Notes: generated by a model not told the origin, from the letters alone. Counted from the stretch's first letter, positions 8,877-18,614 are shown. The stretch: 64,000 nucleotides of DNA from Clostridia bacterium (GCA_017394835.1 JAFPXD010000062.1:11369-75368), one strand, 5' to 3'. Numbers and translations are program-made.

Positions 8877-11669
8877 ATGAACGACATTCAGCAAAGAAAA
8901 GCGGCAAAGGATTTTGCAGCAAGATGGAAGGACAAGGGCTACGAGAAGGGCGAGAGCCAGCTTTTCTGGACGACGCTTCTGACCGACGTTTTCGGCGTGA
9001 CGAACGTCGCCGATTTCATCGAATTCGAGGATCAAGTGCATCTCGATCACACCTCGTTCATCGACGGTTACATTCCCTCAACGAAGGTGCTGATCGAGCA
9101 GAAGGGCCTCGGCAAGGACCTCAATAAGCCCATCAAACAGTCCGACGGCTCCATGCTCAACCCCTTCCAGCAGGCAAAACGCTACATAACCGAGCTGCCG
9201 CTGTCCCGCCATCCGCGTTGGGTCGTTACCTGCAACTTCGCGGAATTCTATATCTACGATATGGAGCGCCCGGGCGGCGAGCCGGAGAAGATCAAGCTCT
9301 GCGACCTTGAAAAGGAATACTACCGCCTCTCCTTCCTGACCGAGACCGAGAGCGTGCATATCCAAAGGGAGATGGAGATCTCCATCAAGGCCGGCGAGGT
9401 AGTCGGGCTCCTTTACGATGCATTCTTAAAGCAGTACGGCTCTGCCGACGCCGAAACGCTGAAGAGCCTCAACAAGCTCTGCGTCCGTCTCGTATTCTGC
9501 CTCTATGCGGAGGACGCGGGCATATTCGGCAAGCATTTGATGTTCCACGATTATCTGTCGCAATTCTCAACAAGGGAGATGCGCAAGGGTCTGACCGCCC
9601 TTTTCAAGGTGCTTGACCAGAAGCCCGAGGAGCGCGACCGCTTCCTTGCGGACGACGATCCCTTGCTTGCGGCATTCCCATACGTCAACGGCGGGCTGTT
9701 CGCCGACGAGGATATAATCATTCCCCCGTTCACTGATGAGATACGCGAGCTGCTGCTCGTTAAGGCGAGCGCGGATTTTGACTGGTCGTCCATCAGTCCC
9801 ACCATATTCGGCGCTGTGTTCGAGAGCACCCTGAACCCCGAAACACGCCGCTCCGGCGGCATGCACTATACCTCGATCGAGAACATCCACAAGGTTATCG
9901 ACCCGCTGTTTTTGGACGAGCTCAAGGCAGAGCTTGAGGAGATCTCCGCTATTCAGATAGAAAAGACGAAGACGCGCAAGCTCCGTGAGTTTCAAGCGAA
10001 GCTCGCCTCGCTCGAGTTTTTGGACCCGGCGGCAGGCAGCGGCAATTTCCTCACGGAATCCTATCTCTGCATCCGCAGGCTGGAAAACGACGTGCTCCGT
10101 CTTTTGAGCGGCGGTCAGGTGAAATTGGGCGGCGAGATAATGAGCCCGATACAGGTGAGTATTTCACAGTTCCATGGCATCGAGATAAACGACTTTGCCG
10201 TAACGGTTGCAAAGACCGCGCTTTGGATCGCCGAAAGCCAGATGATGAAGGAGACTGAGGATATCATCTATGCGAACCTCGAGTTCCTGCCCCTGAAAAC
10301 CAACGCAAATATAGTCGAGGGCAACGCCCTGCGGCTCGATTGGAACAAGGTCGTGCCGAAGGAAAGGCTGAATTATATCATGGGGAATCCACCGTTTGTG
10401 GGATCTTCTATCATGGCACAAGGGAGCCCACAAAAAGACGATGTGCATTTTGTTTTCCCCGATCTTGCCAAAAATGAAGTTCAGGATCTGGACTATGTTA
10501 CATGCTGGTATAAACTTGCTGCAGATTATATGCAGGGAAGTCGCATGGAGTGCTGCTTTGTTTCAACAAATTCCATCTGTCAAGGATCGCAGGTCCCTAT
10601 TCTTTGGAACATACTGTTAAATACGTACCAAAACCATATCAATTTTGCGTATCAAACATTCCGTTGGAATAGTGAGTCGGTGAATCAAGCAGCAGTTCAT
10701 TGCGTTATTGTAGGGTTCTCTCCCATTGAGCGAAAAGTTAAGAAGCTGTTTACAAAGGGACAAAGAGGAATAGAAGTACCAAATATCAGCCCTTATCTTA
10801 CTAATGGTTCTGATGTTTTTGTTGTAGCCACTAAGAATCCAATCTGCGACGCTCCTTCAATGAATTTCGGAAACCAGCCTAGGGATGGTGGGTTTCTTGT
10901 TATTCCTGTTGAGGAGAGAGACGAAATCCTCAAGAAAGAGCCCACTTTGGAGAAGTGGATTCGTGAGTATATAGGAGCAGTTGAATTCATCAATAACAAA
11001 AAGCGTTTTTGCCTTTGGCTAAAGCATGCCTCTCCGTCTGATATAAAGGCGAGTAAAATATTGTATTCGAAAGTTGAAGCAGTAAGGGCATTCAGACTGG
11101 ATTCGAGGGCAAAAACGACTAACGGCTATGCAAAAGTGCCACACCTTTTTGCTCAGATAACCCAACCTGAAGGAGTTGACTTTTTGCTCATTCCGCGTGT
11201 GTCATCTGAAAGAAGAAGATACATCCCTATCGGCTTTATGAGCAAAGACATCATTGCTTCTGATGCTGTTCAAATTGTTCCGGATGCATCTTTGTATCAT
11301 TTCGGAATCTTGACATCCAATATTCATATGGCATGGATGAGAACGGTTGCCGGCAGGCTAAAGAGCGACTATCGATATTCAAAGGAGGTAGTGTACAATA
11401 CTTTCCCATGGCCTAATCCGACAGTTGAGCAAAAGGCAAAGATAGAACAGACTGCTCAAATGATACTCGATGCGAGAGCAAAATACCCTGATTCATCACT
11501 TGCGGATCTTTATGATGATAACACTATGCCCAACGAGCTCAGAACCGCACATCAGAAAAACGATCGGGCAGTTTGGGAAGCTTACGGAAAAGCATGGAGC
11601 ATAAGCTCAGAAGCCGACTGCGTCGCAGAGCTCATGAAGCTGTATCAGAAGCTGACCGAGAAGGCATAA
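8877..11669 (+). CDS. MmeI-like type IIL restriction-modification enzyme (endonuclease, m6A methyltransferase and TRD)
   Basis: N-terminal ID...LIEQK nuclease motif, GMHYTS, FLDPAAGSGNF, IMGNPPF, C-terminal GRLKSDYRYS...YNTFPWP; 930 aa. Confidence 0.9.
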   Translation: MNDIQQRKAAKDFAARWKDKGYEKGESQLFWTTLLTDVFGVTNVADFIEFEDQVHLDHTSFIDGYIPSTKVLIEQKGLGKDLNKPIKQSDGSMLNPFQQAKRYITELPLSRHPRWVVTCNFAEFYIYDMERPGGEPEKIKLCDLEKEYYRLSFLTETESVHIQREMEISIKAGEVVGLLYDAFLKQYGSADAETLKSLNKLCVRLVFCLYAEDAGIFGKHLMFHDYLSQFSTREMRKGLTALFKVLDQKPEERDRFLADDDPLLAAFPYVNGGLFADEDIIIPPFTDEIRELLLVKASADFDWSSISPTIFGAVFESTLNPETRRSGGMHYTSIENIHKVIDPLFLDELKAELEEISAIQIEKTKTRKLREFQAKLASLEFLDPAAGSGNFLTESYLCIRRLENDVLRLLSGGQVKLGGEIMSPIQVSISQFHGIEINDFAVTVAKTALWIAESQMMKETEDIIYANLEFLPLKTNANIVEGNALRLDWNKVVPKERLNYIMGNPPFVGSSIMAQGSPQKDDVHFVFPDLAKNEVQDLDYVTCWYKLAADYMQGSRMECCFVSTNSICQGSQVPILWNILLNTYQNHINFAYQTFRWNSESVNQAAVHCVIVGFSPIERKVKKLFTKGQRGIEVPNISPYLTNGSDVFVVATKNPICDAPSMNFGNQPRDGGFLVIPVEERDEILKKEPTLEKWIREYIGAVEFINNKKRFCLWLKHASPSDIKASKILYSKVEAVRAFRLDSRAKTTNGYAKVPHLFAQITQPEGVDFLLIPRVSSERRRYIPIGFMSKDIIASDAVQIVPDASLYHFGILTSNIHMAWMRTVAGRLKSDYRYSKEVVYNTFPWPNPTVEQKAKIEQTAQMILDARAKYPDSSLADLYDDNTMPNELRTAHQKNDRAVWEAYGKAWSISSEADCVAELMKLYQKLTEKA

Positions 11670-11700
11670 ACCCACCGAAAACAACAAATATATTATTTCA

Positions 11701-11732
11701 AACTCGCAACCCACGGGGGTTGCGAGTTTTTT
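11701..11732 (+). terminator. Hairpin terminator after the R-M gene
   Basis: aactcgcaaccc acgg gggttgcgagtt followed by a T-tract. Confidence 0.7.
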
Positions 11733-11989
11733 ATCACATTTTAAACCTAAAAATCAATATATAGTGGCATACGCCTTATTTCTATCTACATCTTGTGCTT
11801 TTGCCCTCAAATTTTCGCAACCCCCGCGGGTTGCGGATTTTTTAGTTTGAATCGTGTATGATACCGCCATCGAAGCACCGCAAGAATCGCATCGACCGAT
11901 CATCGATGGCTCAACGCACCATTGCGGAACTGTGGCAACAAGGGCAGACCATTGAGCAGAACGCCTGGCTATTATGAAAGGATATTGAG

Positions 11990-12571
11990 ATGAGAAGAAA
12001 AAAACGTGAAATGACCCTTGCGGAAGTCGCCAGTGCCTTGGGACATCTATATTTGCTCGATCCCCGTGTTGCAGAATTGGATGCAAAAACACTTGGAGCA
12101 ATGCTGAGGAATGAAAACAATGAGGATGGCCGTTATAGCTTCGACCGCTTCACAAAGGAAGACAAGGCAGCTTATAAAAAGTTCCTTGAAGGTTACCCCT
12201 ATAAAGAGGATTTGAACTCTCTGTTTATCGAATTCAAATATGAAGCGGACAAAGAGCAAAGAAAAGATAAGAAGCACATGGTTGAGCTTTCGGACGAAGA
12301 GATTGAGCTTACGTTTCCTCCTGCACCGAGCTGCGAGGAAGAAGTGTTGGAGAGAGCGTGCATTGCTCGCATTAAAGCACTAATCGACACCATATTGCCC
12401 GACGATCAAGCTTCCCGCATCAAAAGATACTTTTATGAGAAAATGTCCGAAAGGGAAATCGCGGATGAAGACGGAACCTCGAAACAGTCAGTCTCACAAT
12501 CCATTAGAGCGGCAATAAGGAGGTTGAGAAAAGCTCTAAGGGAGGAGGGTTACAATGTTCCGAACACATGA
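11990..12571 (+). CDS. Sigma-70 region-4-like HTH protein of a mobile element
   Basis: C-terminal YFYEKMSEREIADEDGTSKQSVSQSIRAAIRRLRK. Confidence 0.7.
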   Translation: MRRKKREMTLAEVASALGHLYLLDPRVAELDAKTLGAMLRNENNEDGRYSFDRFTKEDKAAYKKFLEGYPYKEDLNSLFIEFKYEADKEQRKDKKHMVELSDEEIELTFPPAPSCEEEVLERACIARIKALIDTILPDDQASRIKRYFYEKMSEREIADEDGTSKQSVSQSIRAAIRRLRKALREEGYNVPNT

Positions 12572-12773
12572 GGAGATCTACGAAGCCCTCCCGCCGGTCC
12601 TAAGGACAAAGGATATTGCAAGCGCTCTCGGTATTTCGGAGGACTTTGCCAGAATCCTCTTCAAGGTCGATTGGGGCTTGAAGACAATTACGAACACCTC
12701 CTTTAAGCTTGTGAGCAGAGAAAGCTTTCTTGCATGGCTTGATTCTCTGGAAGGAGCGTATCGTGACGCCTAG
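12555..12773 (+). CDS. Excisionase-like HTH_17 protein 1
   Basis: LPPVLRTKDIASALGIS...VSRESFLAW; RBS GGAGG. Confidence 0.7.
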   Translation: MFRTHEEIYEALPPVLRTKDIASALGISEDFARILFKVDWGLKTITNTSFKLVSRESFLAWLDSLEGAYRDA

Positions 12774-12999
12774 GATCGTATTATTTGTTTCTGATGTCGC
12801 CGACATCCTCAACATCTCGAAGCGCCTTGCTTATAATCTATTCAAGCAAGCGGACTTCCCCGGCATGAAGATCGGACAATTCTATTGCGTTCGAATGGAT
12901 CGGCTCTACAGTTGGCTGCTAATGAAAACCAAAAAGGAGGTAGAAGATGCGTCGAAGAAGAATAAGCCCTCAAAGGCTGCCCGTCGTACTGACGGTTGA
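12763..12999 (+). CDS. Excisionase-like HTH_17 protein 2
   Basis: VSDVADILNISKRLAYNLF..ADFPGMKIG...W; GTG start after AAGGAG. Confidence 0.7.
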   Translation: MTPRIVLFVSDVADILNISKRLAYNLFKQADFPGMKIGQFYCVRMDRLYSWLLMKTKKEVEDASKKNKPSKAARRTDG

Positions 13000-13162
13000 A
13001 GACATTATGGCGACATTGGGTGTAGGTGCAACCACAGCGAAAAACTTTTTCCATATCGAAGGGTTCCCGAAGTTGGACATAATGAAGCGAAATCTTGTGC
13101 TGAAGGAGAGCTTCTTCAAATGGATGGAAGGGAGAGAGCAGAATGAAACAGGCAAGCGTTAA
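12947..13162 (+). CDS. Excisionase-like HTH_17 protein 3
   Basis: LPVVLTVEDIMATLGVG...GFPKL...KESFFKW; RBS AGGAGG. Confidence 0.7.
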   Translation: MRRRRISPQRLPVVLTVEDIMATLGVGATTAKNFFHIEGFPKLDIMKRNLVLKESFFKWMEGREQNETGKR

Positions 13163-13388
13163 GCGATTAAGGCCTCCGCACGAGCCTAAGCAGTTCACGA
13201 GTTTCGAAGAGATACCCGATTATCTTATGGTCAAGGACGTAGCGGATATTCTCAGGATCTCTGTTGCCTCAGCCTATCACTTGGTAAAGGCGGAAGGATT
13301 TCCGGTACTATTGCTTAACGGGCAGATGCGCGTTGAGAAAGAAGCTTTCATTTCATGGATGCGCGGAAAGGAGCGAAATAATGGCTAA
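13143..13388 (+). CDS. Excisionase-like HTH_17 protein 4
   Basis: IPDYLMVKDVADILRISVASAYHLV..EGFP...VEKEAFISW. Confidence 0.75.
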   Translation: MKQASVKRLRPPHEPKQFTSFEEIPDYLMVKDVADILRISVASAYHLVKAEGFPVLLLNGQMRVEKEAFISWMRGKERNNG

Positions 13389-14535
13389 GCACAAGAAAAG
13401 GGAAGACGGTCTGTACCTCAGGCAGTTTTCAACAGGGAAGAAAGCCGATGGCTCATATATCAGAAAGTCGGTTTACGCGAAAACGCAGAAGGAGCTCGAG
13501 GAAAAGTACTTCGAAGCCATTGAGGGCTATCATCTCGGGTTCAGTCACAATATCGGAAACACTACCTTTGCAAACCTTGCGGAGATCTGGCTCAACAATC
13601 AGGGAGCCGGCATGAGCGAGAAGTGGAATTACCGTCAAAAGCAGGTTATCGACAATCATCTTCTGCCGGCGATAGGTGCAGTAAAGCTCAAGGATCTCAA
13701 GGCGCTTCATCTTCAGGCGATCATAAGCGAAAAGGCGAAGGCAGGACTTGCGACTTCTACGATGAAGCAGATTAAACAGACCGCAACGAGGATCGTAGAA
13801 ATGGCTGTGAACTCCGATCTGCTGCCGAAGAACGTGTTCAGCTGCGTTAAAGTCCCGAAGCTTGAGCCGAAGGAACGTGAAGCACTGGATGAGGAGCAGA
13901 TCAAGATGGTCAACGAAACTTGGGCGACTCACTTTATGGGCTATCCGACTCTGATAATGCTCTACTGCGGGCTTCGCAGAGGTGAGATGCTTGCATTGCA
14001 GTGGAGGGACGTCGATCTTGAGCGAGATGTGATCTGCGTCACAAAGGCTGTTGAGTTTCTCTCAAACCAGACTACGATCAAACCGCCGAAATCCCGTGCC
14101 GGCAAGCGTGAAGTGCCTATTCCTCTCTTTCTCCACAACGTGTTGGAGCAGGTCAAGGGGGATCCGAATGCCGTTGTTTGCCCAAACTCTTCAGGCGGTT
14201 ACATGACGGATTCAGCTTTCAGCAGCGCATGGCATTCCTACATGAATCATCTGAACCTTATATACGGCGGCAAGAATGCCTCTCGATCAAGGCCAAAGGT
14301 CGAGGTCATAAAACAGTTCACCCCGCATATGCTGCGGCATACATACGCGACCATGCTCTATGACGCAGGCGTTGATATAAAGTCTGCACAGAAGTTTCTC
14401 GGACATGCCAACATTGAAATGACACTTTCGGTTTATACCCACCTTACAAAGTTCAAGATCGATGGGGCTATCGAGAGCCTAAATACCCATATTGCTGAAA
14501 TGGGATACAGCGGTTCTGCCGATGATGACGATTGA
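13381..14535 (+). CDS. Tyrosine integrase of the island
   Basis: CGLRRGE, PHMLRHTY, FLGH, VYTH motifs; RBS AAGGAG; close to the tRNA-derived att site. Confidence 0.93.
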   Translation: MAKHKKREDGLYLRQFSTGKKADGSYIRKSVYAKTQKELEEKYFEAIEGYHLGFSHNIGNTTFANLAEIWLNNQGAGMSEKWNYRQKQVIDNHLLPAIGAVKLKDLKALHLQAIISEKAKAGLATSTMKQIKQTATRIVEMAVNSDLLPKNVFSCVKVPKLEPKEREALDEEQIKMVNETWATHFMGYPTLIMLYCGLRRGEMLALQWRDVDLERDVICVTKAVEFLSNQTTIKPPKSRAGKREVPIPLFLHNVLEQVKGDPNAVVCPNSSGGYMTDSAFSSAWHSYMNHLNLIYGGKNASRSRPKVEVIKQFTPHMLRHTYATMLYDAGVDIKSAQKFLGHANIEMTLSVYTHLTKFKIDGAIESLNTHIAEMGYSGSADDDD

Positions 14536-14550
14536 TCACTTGCAGATGAT

Positions 14551-14582
14551 AAAAGCCTTGGTGCATATGCATCGAGGCTTTT
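14551..14582. terminator. Bidirectional terminator
   Basis: aaaagccttggtgc atat gcatcgaggctttt between convergent genes. Confidence 0.7.
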
Positions 14583-14615
14583 GTTATCCATCAGGTATGT
14601 GACGACACGGCGGTC

Positions 14616-15983
14616 TTATGTGCTTTTCTCTATGGCTTCCTCTTCTTCCGGATGGAACGAAGTCATAAACCGCTTCAGCAGGAAGGCGCAGAAATAGGGG
14701 AACGAATACACCTTGTTCGCATGGCCGATATTGCCTTGAGAAAGCTTGATCCCATATAATACATCGGGATATTTTTCCGATGCGATCAGCGTCTGCATCG
14801 ATTTTGCCTTCCCGCTTTTTGCTTTGACTTCAACAGGGATCAGCGAGACTGCGGAACGGATAAAGAAATCCTCTTCCAACGTGGCGTCGGTGCGCTTATA
14901 GTAAAACAGCTTATAACCCTGCTTTATGAGAGCCCCCCCGATCATGTTTTCGCAAAGAGCGCCCTTATATACTCCAAGGTTTTTATTGGCACGAAGATCG
15001 TCCTGAGCCTCATCGTCAAGCATGGAAACAAGCAATCCGGTGTCGGCGAAATAAAGCTTGAACACATCAGGATCAAAATTGCCTCCGAGGGGCAGCTCGG
15101 GGAAATCCATGCAGTAGCATATGTTTACCATGCCTGCGTCCGAAAGCCATTCAGCGCATCCTCGATAGTCACGGAACCTCGCTCCGGGAGCGACCTTCGA
15201 TATCTGGAACTTTTTATTCTCCCTTGCGAGCTGCGGAGCGATCCTGTTGAAAACGTTGATTATCCTTGCCTGATCCACGCCCTCAGCGTATTTGCGGATG
15301 TCCTCCTTGTAGTCGGCTATAAGCTGCCTTTGTACGTCCAGCGAGCCCTCAAAGGTGTTTCGTTTGATATACTCGACCACAACAGCCGGCATGCCCCCGA
15401 GGATACTGAAATCAAAGAACAAGGAATTGAACAACCCCATTTCAAGCTCATTAAACGGGCGAAGCTCACGCATATGCGTCAACAGTTCCTGCACGGTATC
15501 GTCGCCGTACCCTTTGGCCCACAGAAATTCCTCGAAGTCCATCGAGAACATCTCGTAGTCTTTTTTGTATCCTACGCTGTTGCTTTCGATCTTCTTGTAG
15601 TTCACTCCGAGCATAGACCCGCTGCATATTACATCGAACCGCTTGTCTGTGTGGAAGAATTTCAGGGACGCGGCTATCTCCGGAAACTCGGTGATCTCGT
15701 CAAAAAAGATCAGCGTCTTCCCGGGGATGAAGCGCTTTGATGGGTCTAATAGGGAGATGTTTTTGATAATGCTCGGCGCATCATATCCGTCGGCTATTAT
15801 CCCTTTGTACTTTTCGTCCCGAACAAAATTGATCTCGATGATGCTCTGATAATTGGCCGCAGCAAAGTGAAGCACCGATTCGGTCTTGCCGACCTGCCTG
15901 CTGCCTTTGATGATAAGCGGCTTCCTTTCAGGATCCGCCTTCCATTCAGCCAGAAAAGCATCTATCTTTCTTTTCAAGTACAT
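14616..15983 (-). CDS. AAA_14 ATPase with DUF4143 / nuclease-like C-terminus
   Basis: GSRQVGKT Walker A, FFDEI Walker B, GGMP, KLYFADTGLL, PVEVK. Confidence 0.88.
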   Translation of the reverse strand: MYLKRKIDAFLAEWKADPERKPLIIKGSRQVGKTESVLHFAAANYQSIIEINFVRDEKYKGIIADGYDAPSIIKNISLLDPSKRFIPGKTLIFFDEITEFPEIAASLKFFHTDKRFDVICSGSMLGVNYKKIESNSVGYKKDYEMFSMDFEEFLWAKGYGDDTVQELLTHMRELRPFNELEMGLFNSLFFDFSILGGMPAVVVEYIKRNTFEGSLDVQRQLIADYKEDIRKYAEGVDQARIINVFNRIAPQLARENKKFQISKVAPGARFRDYRGCAEWLSDAGMVNICYCMDFPELPLGGNFDPDVFKLYFADTGLLVSMLDDEAQDDLRANKNLGVYKGALCENMIGGALIKQGYKLFYYKRTDATLEEDFFIRSAVSLIPVEVKAKSGKAKSMQTLIASEKYPDVLYGIKLSQGNIGHANKVYSFPYFCAFLLKRFMTSFHPEEEEAIEKST

Positions 15984-16243
15984 CAGAAAGCACCTCCAAT
16001 CGCGCTGCCAATCCTATTATACACATTTTTGAAGCGAAAATCAACTGTTCTTCCACAAAAACGCAGCGAATATGTGGTGGTATTTCACAAAACAAGGTTC
16101 GTGATGCTCGTTCGACTTTTGAAAATCCAAGCCTCTGCTACTGACGATCATCTGTTGATCCGATACGGAACTGCCTCGGCAGTGGCTTGAACATGGCAAT
16201 TTTGACTCTATTCGAACCATGGACCTTCCGCTATGGAAACAAA

Positions 16244-16264
16244 ATTTACTGCATATTTACTGCA
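16244..16264 (+). repeat. Tandem 10-bp direct repeat, putative integrase arm-type sites
   Basis: atttactgca twice at 11-bp period, about 140 bp before the att core. Confidence 0.55.
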
Positions 16265-16401
16265 CAAAATTTTAGAACAAACGGATATGAATCTCGGATT
16301 TTCTGCTTCGATTAGAAAGGGGCCTTTAAAAAAGCCTTATAAATCAAGCATTTTTGAAACGAATCTCGTAAACTCATCCCGCATTATGTTCGATTTCTCC
16401 T

Positions 16402-16448
16402 GCCTCCTAAGCGGAAGGTCTCGGGTTCGAATCCCGACAAGTGTGCCA
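16402..16448 (+). mobile_element. att site: 3' portion of tRNA-Arg(CCT), from the anticodon loop to CCA; probable attR of the island to the left
   Basis: ctCCTaa anticodon loop, T-arm tcggg-ttcgaat-cccga, 3' CCA; no matching acceptor 5' strand or D-arm upstream. Confidence 0.8.
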
Positions 16449-16450
16449 CG

Positions 16451-16492
16451 AAAAAGCCTTGAAAACATTAAGTTTTCAAGGCTTTTTCTTTT
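16451..16492 (+). terminator. Terminator hairpin after the tRNA fragment
   Basis: aaaaagccttgaaaac attaa gttttcaaggctttt plus T-tract. Confidence 0.8.
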
Positions 16493-16511
16493 GCTGTTTT
16501 TGACCAGAAAA

Positions 16512-16651
16512 CGACCGCATTAGAACCAAATCTCCACTCTTTCACAACTCAAATCAACTCAAAAATGCTCTCTTAGGCGACCGCATTAGAACACCTTTTG
16601 ACGATTCTAATGCGGTCAGGCAAAGGCCACTTTACTACAATTTTACTACAA
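16512..16651. repeat. Repeated sites, probably the end of a second element
   Basis: cgaccgcattagaac at 16512 and 16578, inverted copy at 16605-16617; tttactacaa twice at 16631 and 16642. Confidence 0.65.
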
Positions 16652-16789
16652 TCGCTTCATTTTGACCGTATTTGAAACCAGTATTATACGTTTTGGCTTT
16701 TCGGTCTGATTTTTTAGCTTCAAATCATCGATTTGGGGCTTTTTTGTCGTTCGAGAGCATTTCTTATGATAGTCCCTCCGGGGATTCAA

Positions 16790-17001
16790 AAAAAAACGAT
16801 ACTCCGTCGAGAAGAAGCTCAAAAGAATGCAGGGACAGCTCGCCCCGCAGGGACGACCCCAAGGGCAGTAAGCCTTCTGTTGAAAAGAAGCTCGAAGAAA
16901 ACAAGCGCAAGCTTGAACGCGAGAGCAAGAAGCAGAAGGACCGTACCCGCGATAAGAGCCGTTCTAAGCAGAAGTCCAAGCCCAAGACAAAGGAACGCTG
17001 A
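16790..17001 (+). pseudogene. C-terminal remnant of a PcfB/DUF3801-like ICE protein
   Basis: KPSVEKKL...KSKPKTKER basic tail typical of genes preceding virD4; no credible start. Confidence 0.4.
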
Positions 17002-17201
17002 TGGACAAACCGACCGCCAAATCCCGGGAGTGGGTATTCTTCCGTGATGAAAGCGGAAGGATCGCCTTCAACCCGAAGTGCAGCGAATGCGCCAAAGATT
17101 GCAAACAGAGTTTCAGGGCAACGCTCGTGCGCTGCCCTGTGTTTGTAAAGAGCAAGGGTAAGGACGGCAGTTTTGATAATCCCTGTGACGAGAGACGTTG
17201 A
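17001..17201 (+). CDS. Small Cys-rich ICE-associated hypothetical protein
   Basis: CSECAKDCKQSFRA...CP motif; start overlaps the upstream stop. Confidence 0.6.
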   Translation: MDKPTAKSREWVFFRDESGRIAFNPKCSECAKDCKQSFRATLVRCPVFVKSKGKDGSFDNPCDERR

Positions 17202-17249
17202 TTATCGCTTCATGTTGTGGTAGACTTATCTCGACAAATCGAAGTTTGT
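17198..17249 (+). promoter_or_regulatory. Promoter plus 16-bp palindromic site at the head of the cargo array
   Basis: TTGATT-17-(TG)TAGACT, then ACAAATCGAAGTTTGT 7 nt downstream, then RBS. Confidence 0.65.
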
Positions 17250-17263
17250 GGAGGAGTACAGCC

Positions 17264-18049
17264 ATGGATATAACACAGACCTTTTATGATAATATGGCAG
17301 CTCAGTATGACAAACTGTTCCTTGATTGGCAATCGACAACACATGAGCAAGCTTTGATCCTGAGCAAACTCTTTTCAGACAGCGGTTTCGACAAAACAGC
17401 GAGGATCCTTGATTGCGCTTGCGGGATAGGAACACAGGCAATCGGTTTGGCTGCCATTGGTTATACTGTGACCGCATCGGATATCAGTGACGGAGAGCTA
17501 ACAGAGGCTGCCGCCCGTGCCGAAAAAAACGGTGTGAATATACGTTTCATGCATGCTGATTTCTGTGCATTATCCGATACCTTTTCAGAAAAGTTTGACA
17601 TAGTGATCGCAATGGACAACGCTCTGCCGCATATGCTTACACCCGATGCTTTGGAATTCGCTGTCAGAAGCATAATCGGTCAAATAAGATCCGGCGGTAT
17701 CTTTGCGGCCAGCATCCGGGATTATGATAGTCTTTTGGCCACGAAGCCGCCGTACTCTCCGCCCTATATTCATAAGACCGATAAGGGACAGCGCGTTTCA
17801 TTCCAAACGTGGGTGTGGAACGGAGACAACTATCGGCTGACGCAGTACATCATCGATGATGAAGCTGAGCTTGGGATCAGCAAATTTGAATGCGAATACA
17901 GGGCAACGCGCAGGGACGAGCTTACGCAGAAACTTCTTGATAACGGCTGCTGTGAAGTGGTTTGGAAATTCCCTGAGGAAACAGGCTTTTATCAGCCGAT
18001 TCTCGTAGCGAGAAAACGAAAAATTCAAGTTTGTGAGGGAAACGGATGA
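17264..18049 (+). CDS. Class I SAM-dependent methyltransferase
   Basis: ILDCACGIG motif I, TASDIS, FDIVIAMDNALPH. Confidence 0.9.
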   Translation: MDITQTFYDNMAAQYDKLFLDWQSTTHEQALILSKLFSDSGFDKTARILDCACGIGTQAIGLAAIGYTVTASDISDGELTEAAARAEKNGVNIRFMHADFCALSDTFSEKFDIVIAMDNALPHMLTPDALEFAVRSIIGQIRSGGIFAASIRDYDSLLATKPPYSPPYIHKTDKGQRVSFQTWVWNGDNYRLTQYIIDDEAELGISKFECEYRATRRDELTQKLLDNGCCEVVWKFPEETGFYQPILVARKRKIQVCEGNG

Positions 18050-18534
18050 TAACTCTGCGCAAAATGACAGAAGATGAGTTTCGTGCTTTCAAAAAGTTCA
18101 GTGTCGTCGATTACGCGTCGGATCTGATGAAAGGACGAGACATGAACCCGGAGCAGGCGCTGATGGAAGCGGAAGAGGAATTCGACGCGGATCTACCCGA
18201 CGGGCTTGATACAGAATACAGCTTCATGATGAACATCGAAGACGAGAACGAGAATAGAGTTGGATGGATCTATTTCAAATACTATGCTCGTGAAGACGAC
18301 GATCAATGTTATGTGTTCCTCGAAGATCTGCTGATATTCGAATCGGAAAGAAGAAAAGGTTTTGCGTCTGCGGCAATCCATGAGATGAATATACTGGCGA
18401 AACAGGACGGCTGTTCATCAAGTGTACTCTTTGTGTGGGATCATAATCCGGAAGGGATGAGCTTGTATGAAAAATGCGGGTATGCGCCTTATTACCGTGC
18501 GGAAGGCGGAACATACATGGTGAAGGAATTGTGA
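18046..18534 (+). CDS. GNAT acetyltransferase
   Basis: ERRKGFA acetyl-CoA motif, N..GMSLYEKCGY. Confidence 0.88.
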   Translation: MITLRKMTEDEFRAFKKFSVVDYASDLMKGRDMNPEQALMEAEEEFDADLPDGLDTEYSFMMNIEDENENRVGWIYFKYYAREDDDQCYVFLEDLLIFESERRKGFASAAIHEMNILAKQDGCSSSVLFVWDHNPEGMSLYEKCGYAPYYRAEGGTYMVKEL

Positions 18535-18614
18535 TCCGACACAAAGAGATCATCAAATCCCCGTTTGTCGGGATGGACGGAGAAACAAACATTTCTGGGT
18601 TTATGGAGGTTAAA

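Noticed and set aside
16370-16448. Intact tRNA-Arg gene
   Set aside because: No D-arm or 5' acceptor strand complementary to caagtgt; only the 3' half is present
16512-16651. CRISPR array
   Set aside because: Repeats are 10-15 bp, few, partly inverted and irregularly spaced; no cas genes anywhere in the window
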